This document shows, piece by piece, positions 56,963-62,360 of a DNA stretch of 62,360 nucleotides. The position numbers and the translations under genes were made by a program. The stretch is taken from the NCBI GenBank assembly GCA_039714155.1, contig JBDLJX010000004.1, forward strand, positions 1 to 62,360, given 5' to 3'. Numbering within the stretch: the stretch's first letter is position 1; every line of letters starts with the position of its first letter. Below the pieces are notes generated by a model. It was not told the DNA's origin, ran no database searches, and worked only from the letters and a program-made list of their open reading frames with translations. The stretch comes from Pseudomonadota bacterium. GTDB taxonomy: Bacteria; Pseudomonadota; Gammaproteobacteria; UBA9214.

Positions 56963-58162
56963 ATGTCTCTATACGACGAAGTGTATGGGCGAGAGCCCAG
57001 CCAACCCGTATCCTCGAGCCAGCGCGGTGCTGGCCTCGGCCTGTCGGGTGGTGGATTCCGCGCCATGTTGTTCCACGTGGGAGCACTCCGGCGCCTGTTC
57101 GAGGCCGACGCACTGCGCGACCTCTCGCGCATCACCAGTGTGTCGGGCGGGTCGATCACGGCCGCGCAGTTGGCCCTGCACTGGGATACACTGACCGCGC
57201 ACCCGGGAGATCTCACGCGCTGGAAGGCCCTCGTCGAAGCGCCGCTGTTCGAGTTCGCGGGCAAGCGGCTCGACGCCCTGGCGATCGGCGCCGGGTGGGT
57301 CCGGCCACGGCGCGGCGCCGCGGACGGCGTTGCGGATGCCTACGACAAGCTATTCGGTGGCGCTACGCTCCAGAGCCTCCCTACGGATCCGCGCTTCGTC
57401 ATCCTCGCCACCAACCTCGGCACCGGCTCGCTCGTACGCTTCGCCGCGAAGTACACTGCCGATCAGCGGGTCGGGCGAAACCAGGGACTGGACATCCGAC
57501 TCGCTGATGCGGTGGCCGCGTCCTCCGCCTTCCCACCGATACTCTCTCCGAAAGTGATCCGTCTCGCAGACCAGGAGGCGTTGACGGATTCCTTCCCGGG
57601 CGACCAGCCACCCCTGCAGCGCAAGCCCTGGACCCACCGCCTCGAGCTCACCGACGGCGGCGTCTACGATAACCTCGGCCTCCAGCCTCTCGAGAAGTAC
57701 CACACTATTCTGGCGAGCGACGGCGGCGGCCCCTTCGCGTTCAAGGAGCGCGTTGCGAAGAACTACCTCCAGCACATGATTCGCGCCTGGGTGGTCACCG
57801 ACAACCAGGTCCGTAGCCTGAGGCGCTCCAACCTCGTCTCCGAATACCGGGTCGATACCCGCCTCGGCACCTACTGGGGCATCAATACGCAGATCGCGAA
57901 GTACTCGAAGCAACGCATCGACGTCGACCCGAGCTGGATCGAGGAGCTCTCATCGGTTCCGACCCGCCTCTGGCACATGCCGGAACGCGTGCGCAGACGC
58001 CTGATCAACTGGGGCTACGCAGTCTGCGACGCGGCGTTTCGAAGCTACGTGGATAGCAACCTGCCCGACCCAGCCGGGCTGCCATACCCGGGCGACCCTC
58101 TGTCGGCACCGGTTCCAGAGCAATCGCTGTGGCGGCGGATCTTGAGACTGGATCCCGCATGA
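56963..58162 (+). CDS. Patatin-like phospholipase
   Basis: LSGGGFRAMLFHVG; nucleophile SVSGGS; AASSAFPP; TDGGVYDNLG. Confidence 0.92.
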   Translation: MSLYDEVYGREPSQPVSSSQRGAGLGLSGGGFRAMLFHVGALRRLFEADALRDLSRITSVSGGSITAAQLALHWDTLTAHPGDLTRWKALVEAPLFEFAGKRLDALAIGAGWVRPRRGAADGVADAYDKLFGGATLQSLPTDPRFVILATNLGTGSLVRFAAKYTADQRVGRNQGLDIRLADAVAASSAFPPILSPKVIRLADQEALTDSFPGDQPPLQRKPWTHRLELTDGGVYDNLGLQPLEKYHTILASDGGGPFAFKERVAKNYLQHMIRAWVVTDNQVRSLRRSNLVSEYRVDTRLGTYWGINTQIAKYSKQRIDVDPSWIEELSSVPTRLWHMPERVRRRLINWGYAVCDAAFRSYVDSNLPDPAGLPYPGDPLSAPVPEQSLWRRILRLDPA

Positions 58163-58199
58163 CACCTCCCAACACGGGTGAGGAAACGAGGGAGAAATC

Positions 58200-60005
58200 A
58201 TGAAGCGAGCAACCTTCGACGAGGTGTTCTTCGGAGAAATCGACGAGGTATTCTTCGGCCGCGACCGGCAGCTTCGCTTCGCGGTCGAGTGCCCGGTCAA
58301 GTACGAGGTCTGGCTCGCCTACGCGCAAGGGGAGACCGATCGCCTCGACCTGATCTTCGAGTCCAGCGAGGATACGGAGCCCAAGGAGGTCGCGGCGAAG
58401 TTCGTCGAGCTGCTCACGCAGGCGGAATTCAATGTTGCCGACGCCAAGATCGCGGTCACGGGCGACTTCGTCGCCACCGAGATCGACTTCAAAGAACTCG
58501 TCGCCTGTGTGCTGCCCCTGACCTCCATGCGTGAGATCGTCCACATCGCGGCCGACATGTCCATCGACGCCCTGCGCTCGCTCATCCAGGGCGAACGAAT
58601 CCCGGACCAGGACTACCTGCCGGAATCCACGCCGCGGCAGCGAAGGCGCGAGGTCGCCGATCGACTGGTGTGGTTCGTACGCCTGCTGGCAGCCGTGAGC
58701 GATAAGGCGGCGAACACTGGTCGCGACCAGGTACAAGTCGACACGGTCGCAGAACACCTGATCAACATCCTGCATCGGGTCCAGAGACCAATGACGACCA
58801 CAAGCCAAACCGTCTGGCAACAGAAGAGCTACAACGCCGAGCCACCGCCGATCGAGGCCGACGAGCCGATGCGGCTCATCGAACGGGTGACCAAGAACCG
58901 AGAAGCGTCGGTGGCCGTCACTCGGTCTCGAACCACGATCAAGGCCGACGCGGTGCAGCGCCTGTTCGAATCGAGCTGTAAGAACATCGCCTGGGCGATC
59001 GTCGACAGCGGCATCGACGCGACACACCCTGCCTTCCAGGAGCCACCCGGTCCGCCGGCCCTTCCTGAGGCGAGTCAGTCACGTATCCGCGCGACCTACG
59101 ACTTCACTCGGGTGAGGGAAGCGCTCTCATTGGTCACGGGAGGGGAGCTGGACGGGCGCGTCAGCTCCGGGGGCGAGGTCAACTGGTCGAAGATCATCGA
59201 GGAGGGCATCCGCGTCGAACACAACGCCAGTTATCGAAAGCCGAAGTCCGACCACGGCACCCACGTCGCCGGCATTCTCGGCGCCAAATGGCCCGAGCGC
59301 GACCTGCAGGGCATTTGCCCCGATATCGGGCTCTATGACTTCCGTGTGCTCGGAGACAACGGTCGCGGAGACGAGTTCTCGATCGTGGCTGCCCTCCAGT
59401 TCATCCGCTGGATCAACGAGCGTGCGCGCCGCACCGTCATCGCAGGGGTGAACCTGAGCTTCTCCATCCCCCACGACGTCGCCAACTACTCGTGCGGGTG
59501 GACCCCCGTCTGTGCGGAAGCCGATCGACTGGTCCGCTCGGGCGTCGTCGTCGTCGCGGCCGCTGGCAACAGCGGCTACATGGGAGCCGCCCATGCGACG
59601 GGAACCGAGTACCACAACATCAGCGTGACGGATCCCGGTAACACGGACCGTGTGATCACCGTCGGCTCGACCCATCGCACCGACCCCCACCGCCACGGAG
59701 TGAGCTTCTTCTCGGGGCGCGGCCCCACGGCCGACGGCCGCCTCAAGCCCGACCTGGTGGCGCCGGGCGAAGCGATCGACGGGCCGATTCCCGGGGAGGA
59801 GATCCGCACCATGGACGGCACGAGCCAGGCGGCACCCCACGTGAGCGGCGCCGCAGCCCTACTGATGGCTCGCTATCGAGAGCTCATCGGTGCACCAGAG
59901 CGCGTCAAGGAGCTACTGGTCAGCTCCGCGACCGACTTGGCCCGCGACCCGACCTTCCAGGGCTCCGGTGTCGTCGACGTGCTAAGGGCAATGCAATCAC
60001 TATAA
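58200..60005 (+). CDS. Cytoplasmic S8 (subtilisin-like) serine protease with an uncharacterised N-terminal domain of about 250 aa
   Basis: IVDSGID (Asp), HGTHVAG (His), AAGNSG (oxyanion Asn), GTSQAAPHVSG (Ser); no signal peptide. Confidence 0.93.
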   Translation: MKRATFDEVFFGEIDEVFFGRDRQLRFAVECPVKYEVWLAYAQGETDRLDLIFESSEDTEPKEVAAKFVELLTQAEFNVADAKIAVTGDFVATEIDFKELVACVLPLTSMREIVHIAADMSIDALRSLIQGERIPDQDYLPESTPRQRRREVADRLVWFVRLLAAVSDKAANTGRDQVQVDTVAEHLINILHRVQRPMTTTSQTVWQQKSYNAEPPPIEADEPMRLIERVTKNREASVAVTRSRTTIKADAVQRLFESSCKNIAWAIVDSGIDATHPAFQEPPGPPALPEASQSRIRATYDFTRVREALSLVTGGELDGRVSSGGEVNWSKIIEEGIRVEHNASYRKPKSDHGTHVAGILGAKWPERDLQGICPDIGLYDFRVLGDNGRGDEFSIVAALQFIRWINERARRTVIAGVNLSFSIPHDVANYSCGWTPVCAEADRLVRSGVVVVAAAGNSGYMGAAHATGTEYHNISVTDPGNTDRVITVGSTHRTDPHRHGVSFFSGRGPTADGRLKPDLVAPGEAIDGPIPGEEIRTMDGTSQAAPHVSGAAALLMARYRELIGAPERVKELLVSSATDLARDPTFQGSGVVDVLRAMQSL

Positions 60006-60017
60006 AGGGAGAGCGCC

Positions 60018-61115
60018 ATGCCTGAGTTCATCCTCGACGCTGTAGAAGCACGCTTCGGTGACTGCATTCTGATCCGCTGGGGCGACGACCTGAGCAAGAT
60101 CATGCTCATCGACGGCGGACCGAGCAGCGTCTACGAGGACCGGCTCGAGCCAGTGATCGACGAGATCCGCGGGGAACTCGGCGTCTCTGCGGACGCCTCC
60201 CTGGACCTCGAGCTCGCCGCGGTGAGCCATATCGACGGTGATCACGTGCTCGGAATCGAGCAGCTACTGAAGGCCATCAAGGACGCGCGCAACGATCAGC
60301 TCGCCGAGAAGGTCCGAATCAAGAAGTTCTGGCTCAACAACTTCGACGACATCCTCACGGGCGGAGGAGCAACGCCCTCTGCGGTGCTCGCGTCGTTGGG
60401 GACCCACGCACCGCCCACACTCGTGGGCGAGGTGGCGGCAGTGCTCGCGAGTGTTCCCCAGGGCCGCCGCACCCGCGATCTCGCGCGCGGCTTGCAGCTG
60501 CCCGGGAACATGGCGGCCGGGCAGCTTGTCAAGAGCGGCGATACGCTGGCCCTGCCCGACGACATGGACATCACGGTCGTCGCACCCGCGAGTGACGAGC
60601 TGGACGCCCTCCAGGATCTCTGGGTCAACACCCCGGTCGCCGATCGGGCGACTATCGCTGCAAACATCGATCCGTCGATCCCGAATCTGTCGAGCATCGT
60701 GATGCTCCTGAATCGCAACGGCGCTACCGCGCTACTCACGGGCGACGCACGCGGAGATCTGATCCGGAAGGCACTAGCCAGTGCAGGCCTTCTCGATGCG
60801 GAGGGAAAGCTCCACGTGAACGTGCTCAAGCTGCAGCACCACGGCAGCAAGAACAACATGATCCCCGAGTTCTTCGAGAAGATCACCGCCGACCACTACG
60901 TCATCTCAGCGAACGGCCACCACCACCACCCGTCGACGGATACCCTCCAGGCGATCGTCGATGCGCGGGGGAACAACGCGTACGCGATTCATCTTACGAA
61001 CGACGTGCCCCACGCTACGACGCTCCTGAACGACGCAGCCGCACAGCTGGGTCGGAACTTCACCGTCCATATACGCGCCACCAACGACCACAAGATCCGA
61101 ATCGCAGTCGGTTAG
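60018..61115 (+). CDS. MBL-fold metallo-hydrolase (ComEC/Avs1a-like)
   Basis: FGDCILI; LIDGG; SHIDGDHVLG; NLSSIV; LLTGDA; KLQHHGS; ISANG..HHP. Confidence 0.88.
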   Translation: MPEFILDAVEARFGDCILIRWGDDLSKIMLIDGGPSSVYEDRLEPVIDEIRGELGVSADASLDLELAAVSHIDGDHVLGIEQLLKAIKDARNDQLAEKVRIKKFWLNNFDDILTGGGATPSAVLASLGTHAPPTLVGEVAAVLASVPQGRRTRDLARGLQLPGNMAAGQLVKSGDTLALPDDMDITVVAPASDELDALQDLWVNTPVADRATIAANIDPSIPNLSSIVMLLNRNGATALLTGDARGDLIRKALASAGLLDAEGKLHVNVLKLQHHGSKNNMIPEFFEKITADHYVISANGHHHHPSTDTLQAIVDARGNNAYAIHLTNDVPHATTLLNDAAAQLGRNFTVHIRATNDHKIRIAVG

Positions 61116-61202
61116 CGGGTGTAGGTTACACATAATTTACCGCTATGTAGTAACGCCATGCTCGATTTTGACTGGGCTTGGCCTTTGCGCCTGGCGGTAC
61201 AA

Positions 61203-61613
61203 TCATTTGATGCAAACCTGAGTGGAAATTGGCATACTGCGGATATCTTCTTCCCCATAGGTCCACTTCTTCGCGATGAGCTTACGGTGCCAGGCAAGCA
61301 AGGTATCCGGAGTAACAAGCGTTTCGAGTTCATCAAGCAACCGGCGACCAAGGACTTTGGCTTTCACGGCCAGTCGTATCCGCTGTTCGTCGGTGAACCG
61401 AAGCCACTGCCCTTCGAGCTGATCCTTGAGAACACGGTTCTCTTCTATAAGATAGTCGATGACCCCCTGTTGGTGGCGGTTAAGCCAGCCGGCCAGGGCA
61501 ATTATGAGGAGGTGGAAGGGTTGTATGACAGGGGCCATTGCGCGAACAGATTATCCGTAATATTGCCTGATAACAATATCATACGGTTCGTTCGAATATT
61601 TGCACCATACGGG
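61203..61613 (-). mobile_element. IS family 2 remnant: terminal sequence plus truncated transposase N-terminus
   Basis: ORF 61203-61538 (AGWLNRHQQ..IDYLIEENRVL...VTPDTLLAWHRKL) is the N-terminus of an integrase-type transposase; end matches 35465-35567. Confidence 0.78.
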
Positions 61614-61908
61614 CTCTGTTTTATCGAGCAAGAGAACGAAGCTAACAAGGAAAATCCAGCCACCGCCTAAAGGCCCCGCATAATCCTTCCTCTGCTTATT
61701 GCTGCCGATGACTCTGTGATTGGGTAGTTACGCAGAATTATTTACAGATTCTGACCTGTTATGGCTCCTCGACACCGGGACATTGCTACTTTGATGACAC
61801 GCAGTGTTATGTGCTTCATCTTTCATGATGTGTCTCCACAAGAAACACTGCCAGTGTCGATGCAGCCCATCAACGATGGGCTCCAACAGAGTCCGGGCTG
61901 AACAGTTA

Positions 61909-62178
61909 CTAGTGTGGTGTAACGAATAACGTGCACATATCAGAGGCCCACAAATGACCCAAGACAAGGCGCAGCCTGCAGTTAATGGCTATTCCCTTAA
62001 CAAAGGCTGCAACGCAGTATTGGGTCATTTGTGGGCCTCCCTCCGGGCGAGACGAGAAGCCGTCATCTGCGGTGTTGCGTCTCTTGTAAAGGGCACGCCA
62101 TTCCCTGCGAGACGCGCCTTGCAGCTAACGGCTTCTCGTCTCGCTGATACGTACACGTTATTCGTTACACCACACTAG
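61909..62178. mobile_element. MITE with about 35-bp TIRs, CTAG ends and two internal hairpins
   Basis: CTAGTGTGGTGTAACGAATAACGTGCACATATCAG / CTGATACGTACACGTTATTCGTTACACCACACTAG; inner stems GAGGCCCACAAATGACCCAA and GCGAGACGAGAAGCCG. Confidence 0.8.
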
Positions 62179-62360
62179 CTATCCTCTCAGGATTAAGTTT
62201 CCCTCAGCATCCCTCCTCCGGCTCGGAATAACGTGTCTATCGAGATCGCCATTAATGGTAGAATACATATCCTTGGCGAAAGCCTTGTCTCCTATATGCC
62301 AAGAGTGACTCTTTGTACCTATAGCCTTTATCTTTTTCTCATTAGCTGAGTAATACTCTC

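Noticed and set aside
58005-59027. 340-aa minus-strand ORF
   Set aside because: Antisense shadow of the patatin and S8 genes
56963-61115. CBASS, IetAS or Avs1 assignment
   Set aside because: No CD-NTase, AAA ATPase or STAND NTPase in or beside the operon
61158-61670. 170-aa plus-strand ORF as a fourth operon gene
   Set aside because: Antisense to the transposase remnant and spans an IS end
1-62360. CRISPR array, rRNA, prophage, retron or DGR
   Set aside because: No regularly spaced repeats and no cas, reverse transcriptase or phage structural genes seen

Overview
62 kb from what looks like a sulfur-oxidising gammaproteobacterium (inferred from gene content). About 1-13 kb is backbone: bcp, perM, LysR, a RegB/RegA-like pair, a FadL porin, tusA, bepA and a soxK-X-Y-Z-A cluster with no soxB or soxCD in the window. 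From about 13 kb onward it is a mosaic of accessory blocks separated by decayed IS ends, MITEs and a tRNA-Lys 3' fragment. The blocks are: a TCS-PspA-vWA module; a four-subunit 2-oxoacid oxidoreductase whose delta subunit carries an inserted GltD-like flavoprotein; a GH13_18 phosphorylase plus HAD phosphatase; a TetR-DsrE-flavoprotein operon with twin operators; an orphan PpkA-vWA/TagST-like module; and a FixLJ-like TCS. Two candidate undescribed systems stand out. (1) A GC-rich, IS-flanked three-gene operon encoding patatin + cytoplasmic S8 protease + MBL-fold hydrolase (56963-61115), which resembles a protease-activated defence or cell-death system. (2) A locus combining an exported PSD/PsiD-like decarboxylase, an amine-type dCache PP2C/kinase sensor, a histamine-N-methyltransferase-like enzyme and a STAS protein (47550-55829), which could make and sense an N-methylated amine. 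All calls come from motif recognition by eye; no database searches were run, so novelty is unverified.
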